From Alphaproteobacteria bacterium (lineage in GTDB: Bacteria; Pseudomonadota; Alphaproteobacteria; G965222575), in assembly GCA_965222575.1 (NCBI GenBank), contig OZ244958.1:608001-672000 (forward strand): a DNA stretch of 64,000 nucleotides. Reading direction: 5' to 3'. The notes below the pieces were generated by a model. The model had not been told where the DNA came from and searched no databases. It saw only the letters and a list, made by a program, of their open reading frames with translations. Made by a program: the position numbers and the translations under genes. This document shows, piece after piece, positions 47,807-60,146 of this stretch (within the stretch, counting starts at the first letter, position 1; each line of letters begins with the position of its first letter).

Positions 47807-47807
47807 G

Positions 47808-48680
47808 ATGGCGATACTAGTAGGGAGTGATACGCGTGTGATTTGTCAGGGATTTACAGGGTCTCAAGGGACTTTTCATAGTCAGGGGTGTTTGGATTAT
47901 GGCACCCGGTTGGTAGGGGGTTGTACGCCCGGAAAGGGGGGACAGACGCACATGGGGTTACCGGTTTTCAACACCATGATGGAGGCGGTGGAGGAGACTG
48001 GTGCTACGGCTTCTATGATTTTTGTTCCGCCTGCTTTTGCGAAAGATGCCATTTTAGAAGCCGCTGATGCTGGCATTGAACTGGTTGTCTGTATCACGGA
48101 GGGGATTCCTATACTGGATATGATGCGGGTTAAGAAGTTGCTACAGTCTTACAAGACGCGGTTAATAGGGCCTAATTGTCCGGGTATTATTACACCCGGG
48201 CAGTGCAAGATTGGCATTATGTCTGGAGATATTCACCAAGAAGGGTGTATTGGGGTGATATCGCGCTCTGGTACACTCACTTACGAGGCGGTTTTACAAC
48301 TGACTGAGAATGGGTTAGGTCAAAGTACCTGTATTGGGATAGGAGGAGACCCGTTACCGGGCACGAGTTTTATTGATTGTTTGGAGCTTTTTCTCAATGA
48401 TGAGGGAACGGAAGGCATTGTGATGATTGGAGAGATTGGCGGCACGGCGGAAGAAGAGGCGGCGCTTTTTATTGAGCGTTGTGCGGTGAAGAAGCCGATT
48501 GTGAGTTTTATTGCGGGTCTTACGGCGCCTCCGGGGAAGCGCATGGGGCATGCTGGGGCTATTGTGGAAGGGGGGCAGGGCACGGCTAAGAGCAAGATAG
48601 AGGCACTTAAGAAAGCGGGGGTACGTGTTGTGGATTCGCCTGTAGAAATAGGGGATGTGATGAAACAAGTGTTAAGCTAG
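47808..48680 (+). CDS. sucD: Succinyl-CoA synthetase alpha subunit
   Basis: [25 protein letters not shown] and RMGHAGA. Confidence 0.97.
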   Translation: MAILVGSDTRVICQGFTGSQGTFHSQGCLDYGTRLVGGCTPGKGGQTHMGLPVFNTMMEAVEETGATASMIFVPPAFAKDAILEAADAGIELVVCITEGIPILDMMRVKKLLQSYKTRLIGPNCPGIITPGQCKIGIMSGDIHQEGCIGVISRSGTLTYEAVLQLTENGLGQSTCIGIGGDPLPGTSFIDCLELFLNDEGTEGIVMIGEIGGTAEEEAALFIERCAVKKPIVSFIAGLTAPPGKRMGHAGAIVEGGQGTAKSKIEALKKAGVRVVDSPVEIGDVMKQVLS

Positions 48681-48681
48681 T

Positions 48682-51492
48682 ATGGGTGGGTCTCCTAATG
48701 AGATACTAAGCGCTATTCTGTCTGGGGATAGTGTTGAATGGGTTGAAGGGTTGTATAGGGGGTATCAGGAAGACCCGTCTTCAGTTTCTTCTCAATGGCA
48801 AGAGGTTTTTTTAGCTCTTGGAGGGCAAAAGGACGGGGTGGGGCGAAAAGAGAAAGAGGCGCGCGGGTGGCACCGGGCGGTAGAGAAGGCTTTATATGGT
48901 GCTGAGACTGAGGTAAAGAGCGCCATTTCTTCCACGCAGTTAAAAGTGGCTATTCAAGATTCCATACGGGCATGGATGCTGATTCGTGCTTACAGAGTGA
49001 GGGGACATCTCTCTGCTTCTCTTGACCCCTTGAAGTTGCATCCTCCTGTGAATCATGGAGACTTGGACCCTAAGACTTATGGCTTTGAGACCAAAGATAT
49101 GGAAAGAGAGATTTATTTAGGAGGGGTATTAGGTCTTGAAGTGGCTTCTATAAAAGAGCTTCTGAGTGTGTTACAACGTCTGTATTGCGGCACTTTAGCT
49201 GTGGAATACATGCATATACAGAGTCTACAGCAAAGAGAGTGGATACAGAAAGCCATAGAGTCCCCGCCGCCTGGTTTTGATGAGGAGAAGAAAGGGTTTA
49301 TTCTTGAGCAGCTGTTGCAGTCGGAGAATTTTGAGCGTTTTTTAGGTCTTAAGTTTATTGGCACGAAGCGGTTTGGACTTGATGGCGGAGAAGCCACGCT
49401 TCCAGCCTTGCGCGAAGCCATAGAGCGTGGGGCTGCCCATGAGGTGGAGGAAGTGATTATTGGCATGGCTCACCGGGGGCGCCTGAATGTGCTAACGCAT
49501 CTGTTACAAAAGCCCTATGCCTCTATTTTTCGGGAATTTCAGGGACACTTTGATGCTGATCACCATGCCTTAGGTTCTGGTGATGTGAAGTATCACCTCG
49601 GGAGTTCGGCTGATGTGAAAATAGGACAGAAAACCGTGCATTTATCGTTGACGGCGAATCCCTCTCATTTAGAATCTGTTGACCCTGTGGTGTTAGGGAA
49701 GGCTAAAGGGAAGAGTGATTTACGGGGTGGTCGCTTAGGCTATAGCAAGGTGTTGCCGATTTTGATTCATGGAGACGCTGCTTTTGCGGGACAGGGGGTG
49801 GTGTCTGAGTGTTTTACCCTCTCGCGTCTTGAAGGCTATGAGACGGGAGGGACATTGCATTTTGTGATTAACAATCAAATAGGGTTTACTACTGTTCCGC
49901 GGTATGGTCGTTCGTCACCTTACTGTTCTGATGTGGCAAAGATGGTTCAGGCGCCGATTTTTCATGTAGGCGGGGATGATCCGGAGGCTGTTGTGCGGGC
50001 TATGGCGCTTGCCATGGACTTTCGGCAAACTTTTCAGACTGATGTCGTGGTGGATATGTTCTGTTACCGCCGTCATGGTCATAATGAGGCGGATGAGCCG
50101 CTGTTTACGCAGCCTCTGATGTATAAGGCGATTGCGAAACATAAGAGCTGTGCTGTTGTCTATAGTGAGAAGCTACTCAAGGAGGGCGTGGTTTCTGAAG
50201 AGAGCGTTTTAGAGAGTAAAAAGCTCCATACTGAGCAGCTGGAGGAGGCCTTTTCTTCTGCTAAGCAATATGTTCCCACGCCTCCTGATTGGTTGGATGG
50301 CCAGTGGGAGAAGTTTCAGAAAGCGCCGCACAACTATTGTTATACGCAGACAGGCGTGTCAAAAAAGAAATTATTGTCCATTGTTCAAGCGATGAATGAG
50401 ACCCCGCAGGGGTTTGATGTTCATCCTAAGGTGAAGGCTCTCATGGAGAAGCGTCTGTTGATGTTGCGAAAAGGGGCGGGGATTGATTGGGCCACGGGGG
50501 AGGCATTGGCTATTGGGTCTTTATTGTTGGAAGGCGTGCCGGTGAGGTTTTCTGGTCAGGATAGTAGGCGTGGGACATTTAGCCAACGTCATGGCGTTAT
50601 TGTTCATCAGTCTACAGGAGAAGATTATGTGCCCTTGGGGTCTCTTGGGGCGCGGTTTGATCTTTTGGATTCTCCTCTTTCGGAGGAGGCGGTTTTAGGA
50701 TTTGAATATGGGTACAGTTTGACGCGTCCTGAAGTTTTAGTGATATGGGAAGCGCAATTTGGGGATTTCGCCAATGGGGCGCAGATTATTTTTGACCAAT
50801 TTATTTCTTCTGGGGAATATAAATGGTTAAGGATGTCAGGTCTCACGTTATTATTGCCCCATGGGTATGAAGGGCAAGGGCCTGAGCATAGTTCGGCGCG
50901 TCTTGAACGCTATCTTCAAGCGTGTGCTGAGCATAATCTTCAAGTGGTCAATCCCTCAACGCCGGCGAATTTTTTTCATCTTCTAAGACGCCAAGTCGTC
51001 ACGAATTTTCGCAAGCCTCTCGTGGTGATGACGCCAAAGTCTCTGTTGCGTCATAAAGGCTGTGTTTCCTCTTTGAAAGATTTTACAGCCGCTACGCGGT
51101 TTCAACGCATAAAAATGGAAGAAACCCCTGTCTGTTCTTTGGAGGAGGCAGAAAAAGTTGTGCTTTGCTCCGGCAAGGTTTATTATGATTTGTTACAGCG
51201 GCGTAAACAGGAGAAAAAGTTGGGACGCTTGACTTACATTATCAGGATTGAGCAATTATATCCTTTTCCCTTGGATGCTCTTGTGAGAGCAGGGGTTGGG
51301 AAGAAAGCGTTGAAGTGGTGTCAAGAGGAGCCTGAGAATATGGGGGCGTGGCGTTTTGTTGAACGGATTTTGAGGGAAGAGTTTGGGTCACTTACCTATG
51401 TTGGTCGCAAGGAAGCCGCCTCTCCTGCTACAGGACAAAGGCAGGTACATTATCAGGAACAGGAGGCGTTTTTAAAAGAGGCGTTGTCATAA
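48682..51492 (+). CDS. sucA: 2-oxoglutarate dehydrogenase E1
   Basis: [34 protein letters not shown] and GPEHSSAR. Confidence 0.97.
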   Translation: MGGSPNEILSAILSGDSVEWVEGLYRGYQEDPSSVSSQWQEVFLALGGQKDGVGRKEKEARGWHRAVEKALYGAETEVKSAISSTQLKVAIQDSIRAWMLIRAYRVRGHLSASLDPLKLHPPVNHGDLDPKTYGFETKDMEREIYLGGVLGLEVASIKELLSVLQRLYCGTLAVEYMHIQSLQQREWIQKAIESPPPGFDEEKKGFILEQLLQSENFERFLGLKFIGTKRFGLDGGEATLPALREAIERGAAHEVEEVIIGMAHRGRLNVLTHLLQKPYASIFREFQGHFDADHHALGSGDVKYHLGSSADVKIGQKTVHLSLTANPSHLESVDPVVLGKAKGKSDLRGGRLGYSKVLPILIHGDAAFAGQGVVSECFTLSRLEGYETGGTLHFVINNQIGFTTVPRYGRSSPYCSDVAKMVQAPIFHVGGDDPEAVVRAMALAMDFRQTFQTDVVVDMFCYRRHGHNEADEPLFTQPLMYKAIAKHKSCAVVYSEKLLKEGVVSEESVLESKKLHTEQLEEAFSSAKQYVPTPPDWLDGQWEKFQKAPHNYCYTQTGVSKKKLLSIVQAMNETPQGFDVHPKVKALMEKRLLMLRKGAGIDWATGEALAIGSLLLEGVPVRFSGQDSRRGTFSQRHGVIVHQSTGEDYVPLGSLGARFDLLDSPLSEEAVLGFEYGYSLTRPEVLVIWEAQFGDFANGAQIIFDQFISSGEYKWLRMSGLTLLLPHGYEGQGPEHSSARLERYLQACAEHNLQVVNPSTPANFFHLLRRQVVTNFRKPLVVMTPKSLLRHKGCVSSLKDFTAATRFQRIKMEETPVCSLEEAEKVVLCSGKVYYDLLQRRKQEKKLGRLTYIIRIEQLYPFPLDALVRAGVGKKALKWCQEEPENMGAWRFVERILREEFGSLTYVGRKEAASPATGQRQVHYQEQEAFLKEALS

Positions 51493-51518
51493 TCAAAGGA
51501 AAAACTAGGGAGGGAATC

Positions 51519-52736
51519 ATGGTAGAAATATATGCTCCTGAAGTAGGGGAATCGGTTACGGAAGCTACTGTTGCTAAGTGGTATAAGAAGGTGGGGGAAG
51601 AGGTTAGGGAAGATGATGTTTTGTGTGCCTTGGAGACTGATAAGGTCACAATTGAAGTGCCGGCGCAAGTTGGGGGGGTATTGGAGAAGATAGTGGTGGA
51701 AGCAGGCGGCACGGTGATGGTGAAAGGCGTGCTAGGACACATTAAGGAGGGGGCGCGTGCCCGGGTTTCTCAAGAGAAAAAGGGGCAGCGTCGTGAGGAG
51801 AAGGAGGAGAAGGAAGAAAAGGAGGGAAAGGAAGCGTTGGTGATGGAGTCTGTGTTGGTGCTAGCCCAGGAGAAGGGGGTGGACATTTCCTCTATTAGCG
51901 GCACGGGGAAGGGGGGGCGTATTTTACGTGCTGATGTGTTGGCGGTGGCTGGAGAATCTGTAAAGGCGGCGGTATCGGCGGCGGTATCGGTGCCAGTGGA
52001 TACGCCGATTTTTTCCTCTGAAATGCGGCCGTTGAAAGAGGGGGAGCGTGCGGAGCCTATGACAAAGCTTAGGAAGACGGTGGCGAAGAGGCTGAAGGAA
52101 GCGCAACATAAAAGTGCGATTCTTACCACATTTAATGAAGTGGATTTGTCTTCTTTGAAAGAAGTGCGCCAAAAGTACCGTGAAGCTTTTGAGAAACGCC
52201 ACGGTGTGCGGCTAGGCTTTATGTCCTTTTTTGTCAAGGCAGCTACTGTGGCTTTACAACGCGTACCCTTAGTGAATGCTGAGATTAGCGGTGAGTCTAT
52301 TATTCTGAAAGATTTCTGTCATATTGGTGTTGCGGTGAGTACGCCTGCGGGATTGATGGTGCCGGTTCTTAAGCATGCGGAGAAACTGTCTTTAGCGGGA
52401 ATAGAGGCGTCCATTGCGAATTTTGCGAAAAAGGGCAGGGACGGCAACATATCCATAGAAGATTTAAGTGGCGGTAGCTTTACGATTTCCAATGGAGGGA
52501 TTTTTGGGTCTTTGCTATCGACGCCTATTTTGAATCCGCCTCAATCGGCTATTTTGGGGATGCATCGCATTGAAGAGAGAGCTGTGGTGGTGAAGGGGGA
52601 GGTAGTTGTACGTCCTATGATGTATTTGGCGTTGTCTTATGACCACCGTCTTGTGGATGGGCGTGAGGCTGTGACGTTTTTGGTGATTATTAAGCAGTGT
52701 TTAGAAGAGATTGAACGTTTGATACTGGACCTTTGA
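51519..52736 (+). CDS. sucB: Dihydrolipoamide succinyltransferase E2
   Basis: Lipoyl motif [18 protein letters not shown] and [10 protein letters not shown]. Confidence 0.96.
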   Translation: MVEIYAPEVGESVTEATVAKWYKKVGEEVREDDVLCALETDKVTIEVPAQVGGVLEKIVVEAGGTVMVKGVLGHIKEGARARVSQEKKGQRREEKEEKEEKEGKEALVMESVLVLAQEKGVDISSISGTGKGGRILRADVLAVAGESVKAAVSAAVSVPVDTPIFSSEMRPLKEGERAEPMTKLRKTVAKRLKEAQHKSAILTTFNEVDLSSLKEVRQKYREAFEKRHGVRLGFMSFFVKAATVALQRVPLVNAEISGESIILKDFCHIGVAVSTPAGLMVPVLKHAEKLSLAGIEASIANFAKKGRDGNISIEDLSGGSFTISNGGIFGSLLSTPILNPPQSAILGMHRIEERAVVVKGEVVVRPMMYLALSYDHRLVDGREAVTFLVIIKQCLEEIERLILDL

Positions 52737-54115
52737 AGATGCGATACGATGTAGTGGTGATAGGGAGTGGTCCAGCGGGATATATGGGGGCTATAAGAGC
52801 TGGGCAATTGGGTCTTCGGGTGGCGTGCGTTGAAAAGGAAGAGACCTTGGGAGGCACTTGTTTGAATGTGGGGTGTATACCGTCTAAGGCGTTATTGACC
52901 TCGACGCATTTCTATGATGAGGTTATACGTCATGGGGGAGTGCATGGGCTAATGATGGAGGGGAGCGTAGACCTTAAGAAGATGTTGTCTCGTAAGGATG
53001 CTGTGGTGAAGTCTTTGACGGAGGGGATTGCGTTTTTATTTAGAAAGTACAAGGTAGAGAGGTTGAGAGGGGTAGGGACTCTGTTAGATGCTGAGACTGT
53101 TCGGGTTACGGGAGAGAAGACAATCCGTGTAGAAGCGGATACTATTATACTTGCCACGGGTTCTGAGTCCGTGTCTTTGCCGTTTTTGCGGTGTGATGAA
53201 AAGGCAGTGGTGTCTTCTACTGGGGCATTATCTTTTCGCAAGGTTCCAAAGTCTCTAGCGGTTGTGGGTGGAGGGTATATAGGTCTTGAGCTTGGTACTG
53301 TGTGGGCACGTCTTGGGTCTGAGGTGACGGTGATAGAAGCCCTAGACGGGATTATGATGGGGGTAGACAGGGATATAGCCCAACAGATGCAGGTATTGAT
53401 GGAGAAGCAGTGGGGTGTGAATTTTCGTTTATCGACCAAGATTACGGGGGGAAGGGTATCAAAGGGCAAGGTATTGTTATCGTTAGGGAAGGAAGAGTTG
53501 CGTGTAGAGAAGGCGTTGATAGCGATTGGTCGGCGTCCTGTGACGGCGGGTTTGGGTTTAGAGGCTGTTGGGATAGCCTGTGATGAGGGGGGGTATGTGA
53601 AGACGGATGCTTGGTACCGGACTTCTTGTCCTAACATTTATGCAGTGGGGGATGTTCAGGGCGGACTTTTGTTAGCGCATAAAGGAGAGCATCAAGCCAT
53701 AGCGGCTGTTGAACATTGCGCTGGTTTATCTGTGGAGGGTGTAGGAGACAATATTCCTTGGGTTGTGTATACATGGCCTGAGGTTGCGGGTGTTGGGTTG
53801 GGAGAGGAGATATTGAAGGAGAAGAAGGTTCCCTATAGGGTGGGAAAATTTCCCTTTATGGCTAATGCGCGAGCGCGAGCGAGCGGTCAGGGCATGGGGT
53901 ATGTGAAGCTTTTAGTGCATGGGGAAACGGAGGCGTTATTGGGGTGTCAAATTATAGGTCCTGAGGCGGGGGGTCTTATTCATGAAGTGGTGGTAGCACG
54001 TGCGGCTGGTATGAGTGTTTCGGCGTTTTCCCGTGTTTGCAGGGCGCATCCTACCTTAAATGAAGCCCTTAAGGAAGCGGCATTGGCGGCACAGGGGTGG
54101 ACATTGAATTTGTAG
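52733..54115 (+). CDS. lpdA: Dihydrolipoamide dehydrogenase
   Basis: [23 protein letters not shown] and HPTLNE. Confidence 0.96.
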   Translation: MKMRYDVVVIGSGPAGYMGAIRAGQLGLRVACVEKEETLGGTCLNVGCIPSKALLTSTHFYDEVIRHGGVHGLMMEGSVDLKKMLSRKDAVVKSLTEGIAFLFRKYKVERLRGVGTLLDAETVRVTGEKTIRVEADTIILATGSESVSLPFLRCDEKAVVSSTGALSFRKVPKSLAVVGGGYIGLELGTVWARLGSEVTVIEALDGIMMGVDRDIAQQMQVLMEKQWGVNFRLSTKITGGRVSKGKVLLSLGKEELRVEKALIAIGRRPVTAGLGLEAVGIACDEGGYVKTDAWYRTSCPNIYAVGDVQGGLLLAHKGEHQAIAAVEHCAGLSVEGVGDNIPWVVYTWPEVAGVGLGEEILKEKKVPYRVGKFPFMANARARASGQGMGYVKLLVHGETEALLGCQIIGPEAGGLIHEVVVARAAGMSVSAFSRVCRAHPTLNEALKEAALAAQGWTLNL

Positions 54116-54119
54116 CGGT

Positions 54120-54329
54120 ATGACTTTTGTTACGGTCTGTCTCAATGGAGAGCAAAGGAGGCTTGAAAGGGGCATGACGGTAGAAGGATTGTTAAAAAGC
54201 CTTAAAGTAGAGAGCGCCCTGGTGGCTTTAGCCTGTAATGGATGTGTTGTGCCTCGTTCTACATGGTCTCGGGTGACCATAAAGGAAGGGGATACCTTAG
54301 AAGTGATTCACTTTATTGGAGGAGGGTAG
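54120..54329 (+). CDS. thiS: Sulfur carrier ThiS
   Basis: 69 aa ubiquitin-like protein ending FIGGG, upstream of thiG. Confidence 0.92.
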   Translation: MTFVTVCLNGEQRRLERGMTVEGLLKSLKVESALVALACNGCVVPRSTWSRVTIKEGDTLEVIHFIGGG

Positions 54330-54331
54330 TC

Positions 54332-55099
54332 ATGGATTCTCTGGTGATTGGGTCTTATACAATTGGGTCACGATTGATAATGGGGACGGGCAGGTTTCAG
54401 GATTATGCGGTGACGGCTAAGGCTTTAGTGGCTTCTGGGGCTAGGGCTGTGACTGTGGCTGTTAGGCGGATGAATTTAAGCCATGACAATGGGCCGACAT
54501 TAACGGATTATATTTGTCCACGTACCTATCGTTATGTGCCTAATACAGCAGGCTGTTATACGGCAGATGAAGCGGTGAAAACGCTGTGTTTGGCAAGAGA
54601 GGCGGGGGGATGGACGTTGGTGAAGCTAGAAGTGATAGGAGACAAAAAAACCCTCTATCCTAATATGCAGGAAACCTTCAAGGCTGTGCGGGTGCTGATA
54701 AAAGAAGGATTTGAAGTCATGGTGTATTGTAATGATGACCCTGTAGCGGCTTGCGCTTTAGAAGAGATGGGCTGTGTAGCGATTATGCCTATGGGAGCCC
54801 CTATTGGGTCTGGATTGGGGATACGAAATCCACTGATGATAGGATTGATAAAAGCTTCTGTCAAGGTTCCCGTACTGATAGATGCGGGGTTGGGGACAGC
54901 TTCTGATGCGGTTGTTTCTATGGAGCTTGGGTGCGATGGCGTGATTTGTAATACTGCTATTGCCCAGGCTAGTAATCCTGTTGTCATGGCAAAGGCTATG
55001 GCGCGGGGGGTGGAAGCTGGTCGTTTGGCTTATTTAGCGGGGCGTATGAAAAAGACTCTTGCCTCTCCTTCTTCTCCTTTGAGGGGGCTTGTTGAATAA
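54332..55099 (+). CDS. thiG: Thiazole synthase ThiG
   Basis: [33 protein letters not shown] and DAGLG. Confidence 0.96.
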   Translation: MDSLVIGSYTIGSRLIMGTGRFQDYAVTAKALVASGARAVTVAVRRMNLSHDNGPTLTDYICPRTYRYVPNTAGCYTADEAVKTLCLAREAGGWTLVKLEVIGDKKTLYPNMQETFKAVRVLIKEGFEVMVYCNDDPVAACALEEMGCVAIMPMGAPIGSGLGIRNPLMIGLIKASVKVPVLIDAGLGTASDAVVSMELGCDGVICNTAIAQASNPVVMAKAMARGVEAGRLAYLAGRMKKTLASPSSPLRGLVE

Positions 55100-55117
55100 A
55101 GAAGAGGGTGCGTGCTT

Positions 55118-56077
55118 TTACAAGACGCCCTTGATTTCTTGTAGCAGTGTTGTAGAGGAAGACTTTTGGGATTGTTTGATATCTTCTTTTATGATGTCCT
55201 CTAGGGTAAGACGTTCTTGTTCTGTGATGACTCCTAAGATGAGGGGCCATTTGAGTTCACTTAAGGCGAAGGCTAGGGTTCTATTTTTGGTATCATGTTG
55301 AGCGATTTTGAAGTGTTTCCAGTTAGAGGCTTTGTCTATGGGGATAGGGGTGAGTTGTCCGTTGTGGAAGCGCAAGCCGAAGGGTTGGTTATCAGAGGAG
55401 AAGAGGAGGGGTTTGCCGTGTTCTAGGAAGAGGGTTTCCATTTTTGCAGGGGGTCGGTTGTTAAAGACGATACAGTTTTGTAGGATTTCTACTACGGCGA
55501 ATCCGCGGTGTTTTTGAGCGGCTTTGAGGGTTTGCATCAGGTGTTCTTGAGCGGTATCGACGCTACGTGCGAAGAAGGCGGCTTGGCTTCCTAAGCTGAG
55601 TGCTAGAGGGCTTAGAGGGGTTGTGCGTTGTCCATAGGGAGAGGAGGGGGTTTTCAGTCCTAGGGGGGCGGTGGCTGAGGCTTGTCCTTTGGTGAGGCCG
55701 TAGACGCCATTGTTAAAGAGTAGGAATGTCAAGGTTGGGTTTTTGCGTATAGTGTGTATAAAGTGGTGAGCGCCAATAGATAAGGCGTCGCCGTCTCCGC
55801 TGATGACCCATACATCGAGTTTAGGGTTTGCTAATTTTGTACCGATGGCTATGGGCAGAGCCCGCCCGTGGAGGGTATGAAACCCGTGGGTTGGCATATA
55901 GTAGGGGAGTCGTGCGGCGCATCCGATACCGGAGATGAAGACTGTGTTATCCACCGGGGCTTGTTGTTCTTTTAGGAGGTTTTGCAAGACCTTGAGGATG
56001 GCGTAATCTCCGCAACCTGGGCACCATCGAATATCTTGTGGGGAGCGATAGAGATTCTTGTCGGGGGTTGTTGTCAT
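55118..56077 (-). CDS. korB: 2-oxoacid:ferredoxin oxidoreductase beta subunit
   Basis: WCPGCGD, SGIGC, HGRALP, GDGD and NNGVYGLTKGQ. Confidence 0.92.
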   Translation of the reverse strand: MTTTPDKNLYRSPQDIRWCPGCGDYAILKVLQNLLKEQQAPVDNTVFISGIGCAARLPYYMPTHGFHTLHGRALPIAIGTKLANPKLDVWVISGDGDALSIGAHHFIHTIRKNPTLTFLLFNNGVYGLTKGQASATAPLGLKTPSSPYGQRTTPLSPLALSLGSQAAFFARSVDTAQEHLMQTLKAAQKHRGFAVVEILQNCIVFNNRPPAKMETLFLEHGKPLLFSSDNQPFGLRFHNGQLTPIPIDKASNWKHFKIAQHDTKNRTLAFALSELKWPLILGVITEQERLTLEDIIKEDIKQSQKSSSTTLLQEIKGVL

Positions 56078-57870
56078 GTGATATGGGTGAGGAGGAATTG
56101 TTCTAAGGCTTGTTGGGAGAGGAGGCGTCCATCTGCTTGGGTGTAAGAGATGAGGGGGCGACTTAGGGTGGCTTTGAGGAGGTGTGCTAATTGTCCTTTA
56201 TTCATTTCTGCTATGATGAGTGTGTGGAAGTTTTTGGTAAGGACGTGGAGGTTAGGGGCTAAGGGGGAAAGCCACTCTAGGCATAGGTGAGCGATGTCAT
56301 GGTCTTTTGTTCTGAGATTGAGAGTTGCTTCTTGGCAAATACCAAATCCTGAGCCCCAACTGATGAGGAGTGTTGAGTTTTCTGTTGAGCCGGCGGCTAA
56401 GGTTGCTGGCTTGATGGTTTTGGCGATGAGGCAAAGTTTATCGGCGCGTTTTTTATTCATGAGGGCGTGATTTTTCGGGTCTGAAGACACAGCGGTTGTG
56501 TTGATATCCTGTTCTAGTCCTCCTATTATGTAGGGTGCGGAGTTTTTGGTCCCGGGCAAGCGGTGGTAGGACTTAAGGGGGAGGGAAAAAGAGGGGAGTG
56601 TTGCGGGGGGCGTCCAGGGGTAAGAGGCGTGGCAAGTGTAGGAATCTGTGAGTAAAATCACAGGTGTGGAGAAGGTTAAGGCGATGCGTGCGGCTTCGCC
56701 TATTTTATAGAAGCCATCATCTGGGGTTTTCATGGATAAAACGGGCAAAGGGGCGTCGCCGTGTCGACCATAGAGGGCTTGTAGGAGGTCTCCTTGTGCT
56801 GTTTTGGTTGGCATACCTGTGGAGGGGCCGGGACGTTGGGCGTTGATGACGATAAGGGGGATGTCTGCCATGAGTGCAAAGCCTAAGGCTTCTGTTTTCA
56901 AGGACATGCCCGGTCCGGCGCTAGCGGTGACCCCTAGTCCACCGGCATAGGAGCATCCTATGGCGGTGCAGATAGCGGCAATTTCGTCTTCTGCCTGAAG
57001 AGTTGTGACGCCGTAGTGTTGGTAACGACTTAATTGGTGAAGGAGCAACGAAGCGGGCGTGATGGGGTAAGAGCAAAAAATAACGGATTTTTTGAGTTCT
57101 TGCCTAAGGGCGCATAGTCCTAAGGAGAGAGCCTCTGCGCCGGTAATCTGACGTGTGGCGCGGTTTTTTTTGCCTTTCTTCAGAGGAGGAATATCTGAGA
57201 GTAGTGGCAATTCACTCACCTCAAAAAAGGCTGCCCCTGCTGTTAGTGCGCGCAAATTGTTGCGGTACAAGGAAGTTGAGGGCGGAAACTTTTTCTCAAG
57301 ATGGGCTTTTGCATCCTTCAATGAGTGATGACAGGCACTAAGCAAAAACCCTAGAATCCAAAAATTTCGGCACGTTAAAGCCTGAGAACGCGATACCTTA
57401 AAAGACGAAAGTGCATTGAGAGTGTGATGGGTGATGTCTAGCTCTATGGTCTGCATGGCGTTAAGACATCCGTCTTTTCTTGGGTCGGCGTGAAATCCTG
57501 CTTTTTCTATCTGACGCGGCGTAAACTGCCCGGTATCAAGCACTACAAGCCCCTCCTTTTTGATGGCTTTTAAGCCTTCTTTGAGACCGGCTGGATTGAA
57601 CGCTACGAGGATATCTACCTCTTCTCCGGGGGTGTGAATCGTTTCTACACTCATATGCACTTGAAAAGAAGAAACCCCATGAGGACTGCCGCGCGGCGCC
57701 CGTATCTCTGCCGGAAAACTTGGAAAGGTTGAAACAAAATACCCTCCCTTAGCACAGTGAGAGGTGAAATGATGCCCTAGTAACTGAATGCCATCTCCGC
57801 TGTCCCCGCAAAACAGTATGACAGAGTCTGTCCTATCCGTAGTAGTAGAAGAAAGAGGTGTTGAAGACAT
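56074..57870 (-). CDS. korA: 2-oxoacid:ferredoxin oxidoreductase alpha subunit
   Basis: GDSGDGIQL, FPAEIRAP, SYPITPAS, QAEDEIAA and GPSTGMPTK. Confidence 0.92.
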   Translation of the reverse strand: MSSTPLSSTTTDRTDSVILFCGDSGDGIQLLGHHFTSHCAKGGYFVSTFPSFPAEIRAPRGSPHGVSSFQVHMSVETIHTPGEEVDILVAFNPAGLKEGLKAIKKEGLVVLDTGQFTPRQIEKAGFHADPRKDGCLNAMQTIELDITHHTLNALSSFKVSRSQALTCRNFWILGFLLSACHHSLKDAKAHLEKKFPPSTSLYRNNLRALTAGAAFFEVSELPLLSDIPPLKKGKKNRATRQITGAEALSLGLCALRQELKKSVIFCSYPITPASLLLHQLSRYQHYGVTTLQAEDEIAAICTAIGCSYAGGLGVTASAGPGMSLKTEALGFALMADIPLIVINAQRPGPSTGMPTKTAQGDLLQALYGRHGDAPLPVLSMKTPDDGFYKIGEAARIALTFSTPVILLTDSYTCHASYPWTPPATLPSFSLPLKSYHRLPGTKNSAPYIIGGLEQDINTTAVSSDPKNHALMNKKRADKLCLIAKTIKPATLAAGSTENSTLLISWGSGFGICQEATLNLRTKDHDIAHLCLEWLSPLAPNLHVLTKNFHTLIIAEMNKGQLAHLLKATLSRPLISYTQADGRLLSQQALEQFLLTHIT

Positions 57871-58016
57871 GTGAAGAGAACAACCTTAAGGGGAAGGCAC
57901 CGGCGGAGACTTCCGGTCATGAATTCCTATCATATCTTGCTTTGAAGAAGATGTATAGACAAAATCCCGTAGAGAATTAAGAGAATCGCAAGCCAAGAAT
58001 TCCTTTTCAATAAGAC

Positions 58017-58045
58017 TTGATACTTGGTGGGTTTTTGTCTACAAT
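58017..58045 (+). promoter_or_regulatory. Sigma70 promoter placing the TSS at the start codon of the PL8-like gene
   Basis: TTGATA-N17-TACAAT ending 6 nt before GTG 58052. Confidence 0.6.
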
Positions 58046-58051
58046 ACCGGT

Positions 58052-59884
58052 GTGATGCTATATATTTTTAGGACAATCTTGCTAGGAATGGGGTTTTTTT
58101 GGGGTCTCTTCTCCGGGGTGGCCATGGCGATACAAATGCCCTATCAAGCGGTATTTTCTCCTCCTCCTCAGAGTATTGATGATATTGAGGGGCTAGCGAA
58201 ATATCAAGCCATTGAAGGGATTTTCCCTGATAGTTCTTGGATGGAGGTGGGGGCGGTGGATAGTTGGCTTCTGAAGGGGGTGAAATTTTTACCTGACAAT
58301 CTTGGGGAAGTCATTAGCTCTTACCAAAGTGGCTTAGACCCCTCCTTTCTGATAGATGCTTTTCTTGATGGGTATATCTGGCGGATTTTCAGAAGTGATC
58401 CGCTTTGGTCTTTAGAGGGTCACGCGATGAATAGCAAAGTGACACAATATCCTATCTTGTTCGATAGGCGTATACGGGGGGCTTTGAATTTAGAGGATTT
58501 TGTAGAGGGACTTCCCTCTTTTGTCCTTATCAATGGTAGTGCTCTGAGTGCTTTTGCTGTGCATTTGAAGTTGGGAGAACCTGAAATTGAGCAAGGCACA
58601 AAGTATTTTTGGAATGCGCAGCTTTTGGTGCATCGTTCTAAGAATCATTATTTCGGGGTGAGAATGCTCTCCTTGCGTAATCGGTCTATTATTCCAAAAT
58701 CCAGTAGTTATAGCGCTTTTCTAGCACGTGATGGCTCGGCTTTGGTCATGCAAGTCGGCGATGAGTATCAATACATTAAGTCCTTTGTGCCTAAAGTTGC
58801 AAAATTTCCGGGCGTGACAGCAAAGGCTGTCTCTTTGGAGGGACTGTTCTCTTTTCCGACCTCTGATTACCAAGGAAGGAGCCTGTTTGCCGGCGGCGTT
58901 GCAGATGGAAAACGGTTTTCTCATGCGGCCTTCCACTATCACCGCCTCAATCCTAAAGCCTCCCTGAAAGCTAAAAAAGCCTACTTCATGGCAACTTTCA
59001 ATGAAAACCATCATGTCATGGCGTGTTTAGGCAATTCTATTGAAGACCTCGTACCTGAACGCAAAGAAGCCATTTATACCACCTTAAATCAAACCTTATT
59101 GCAAGATGATATCTTCTATATCCAAGGTGGCAAGAAACAGATGATACCAAAAGAAGGATATGGAGACTATGTCTTTGACCTGACAGAACCTGCTTATTTT
59201 ATCCATGGGGGATTAGCGTATGTTGTCATTCCTTTTGAGGAAAAAACACGGGTGGTATTGAAAAAAATTCAGGGCGGACTCAAAGTAGATTTTGCCACTG
59301 ATGATAAAGTCCAAGCGGATATTTTTGAACTTGCTATTGAGCATAAGGTGGTGGGCACAAAGGATAAACCGGCGGGAGGGTATCAATACATGATTGTGAC
59401 GAATGTCTCAAGATACTCTATCCCATGGTTTCTAGAGTCATTGCAAGACCATGTGATTGTGAATAATCAACAAGCCCAAATCATGTTGTTCCTTACAAAG
59501 AATGGCAGTGCTGACCAAGCGGTTTTTCAGGGCACAATTTATGAACCGGGACGTATACAGCTACCCGGTAACCGATTCCTGCAAGTGGACAAACCCGTTG
59601 TCTTCCTCTTGGAAATGGATGGCACCTTAGGGACCAACACGCTTTATGTCTCTGACCCTTACCAAACCATAGACAATACTGTCACCTTTTCTATAGGAGA
59701 TTCCACCACGGGGGAACTCCTGCTCTCCACCACTGTAGATTTTCCGCAAGACTCTTTAATCGGTAAGCCTATTTCCTTCAGATTCCTCTCTGAGCCTGTT
59801 GTCAATCGTAAGTTCTTTATCAAGTATCACCATTTGTTGATAGATCGTAAGCAGCACCACGAAAATCTTCATTATCGTGAATAA
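58052..59884 (+). CDS. Secreted polysaccharide lyase family 8 (chondroitin/hyaluronate lyase)-like protein, N-terminally truncated and probably non-catalytic
   Basis: Signal peptide; PL8 supersandwich motifs [46 protein letters not shown] and LYVSDP. Confidence 0.72.
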   Translation: MMLYIFRTILLGMGFFWGLFSGVAMAIQMPYQAVFSPPPQSIDDIEGLAKYQAIEGIFPDSSWMEVGAVDSWLLKGVKFLPDNLGEVISSYQSGLDPSFLIDAFLDGYIWRIFRSDPLWSLEGHAMNSKVTQYPILFDRRIRGALNLEDFVEGLPSFVLINGSALSAFAVHLKLGEPEIEQGTKYFWNAQLLVHRSKNHYFGVRMLSLRNRSIIPKSSSYSAFLARDGSALVMQVGDEYQYIKSFVPKVAKFPGVTAKAVSLEGLFSFPTSDYQGRSLFAGGVADGKRFSHAAFHYHRLNPKASLKAKKAYFMATFNENHHVMACLGNSIEDLVPERKEAIYTTLNQTLLQDDIFYIQGGKKQMIPKEGYGDYVFDLTEPAYFIHGGLAYVVIPFEEKTRVVLKKIQGGLKVDFATDDKVQADIFELAIEHKVVGTKDKPAGGYQYMIVTNVSRYSIPWFLESLQDHVIVNNQQAQIMLFLTKNGSADQAVFQGTIYEPGRIQLPGNRFLQVDKPVVFLLEMDGTLGTNTLYVSDPYQTIDNTVTFSIGDSTTGELLLSTTVDFPQDSLIGKPISFRFLSEPVVNRKFFIKYHHLLIDRKQHHENLHYRE

Positions 59885-59888
59885 AGTG

Positions 59889-60146
59889 ATGAAAGAGAAA
59901 ATTCACCCTCCTTATCATGAAATTACTGTACAGATGACAGATGGTACGCGGTTTGTTACGCGTTCTACTTATGGGAAGAAAGGGGATGTGTTAAAGTTGG
60001 ATGTGGACCCTACGACTCACCCTGCGTGGACGGGGCAGAAAAAAATGACCCTTACGGATAAAGGGCGCATGGCGCGGTTTAACCGCATGTTTGGGACTCT
60101 TGGGAAAGGGGACATGTTAGAGACCACCAAAGCGGATGATGAGTGA
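59889..60146 (+). CDS. rpmE: 50S ribosomal protein L31 (Cys-free type)
   Basis: [25 protein letters not shown] and GR.ARFN. Confidence 0.95.
   Translation: MKEKIHPPYHEITVQMTDGTRFVTRSTYGKKGDVLKLDVDPTTHPAWTGQKKMTLTDKGRMARFNRMFGTLGKGDMLETTKADDE

Noticed and set aside
52930-53637. Long antisense ORFs (also 27210-27878, 41031-41522 and 51770-52237)
   Set aside because: They lie opposite well-supported genes, have no motifs, and are expected from the codon bias.
54100-54125. TPP riboswitch before thiS
   Set aside because: Only 4 nt separate lpdA and thiS, and no aptamer consensus is visible.
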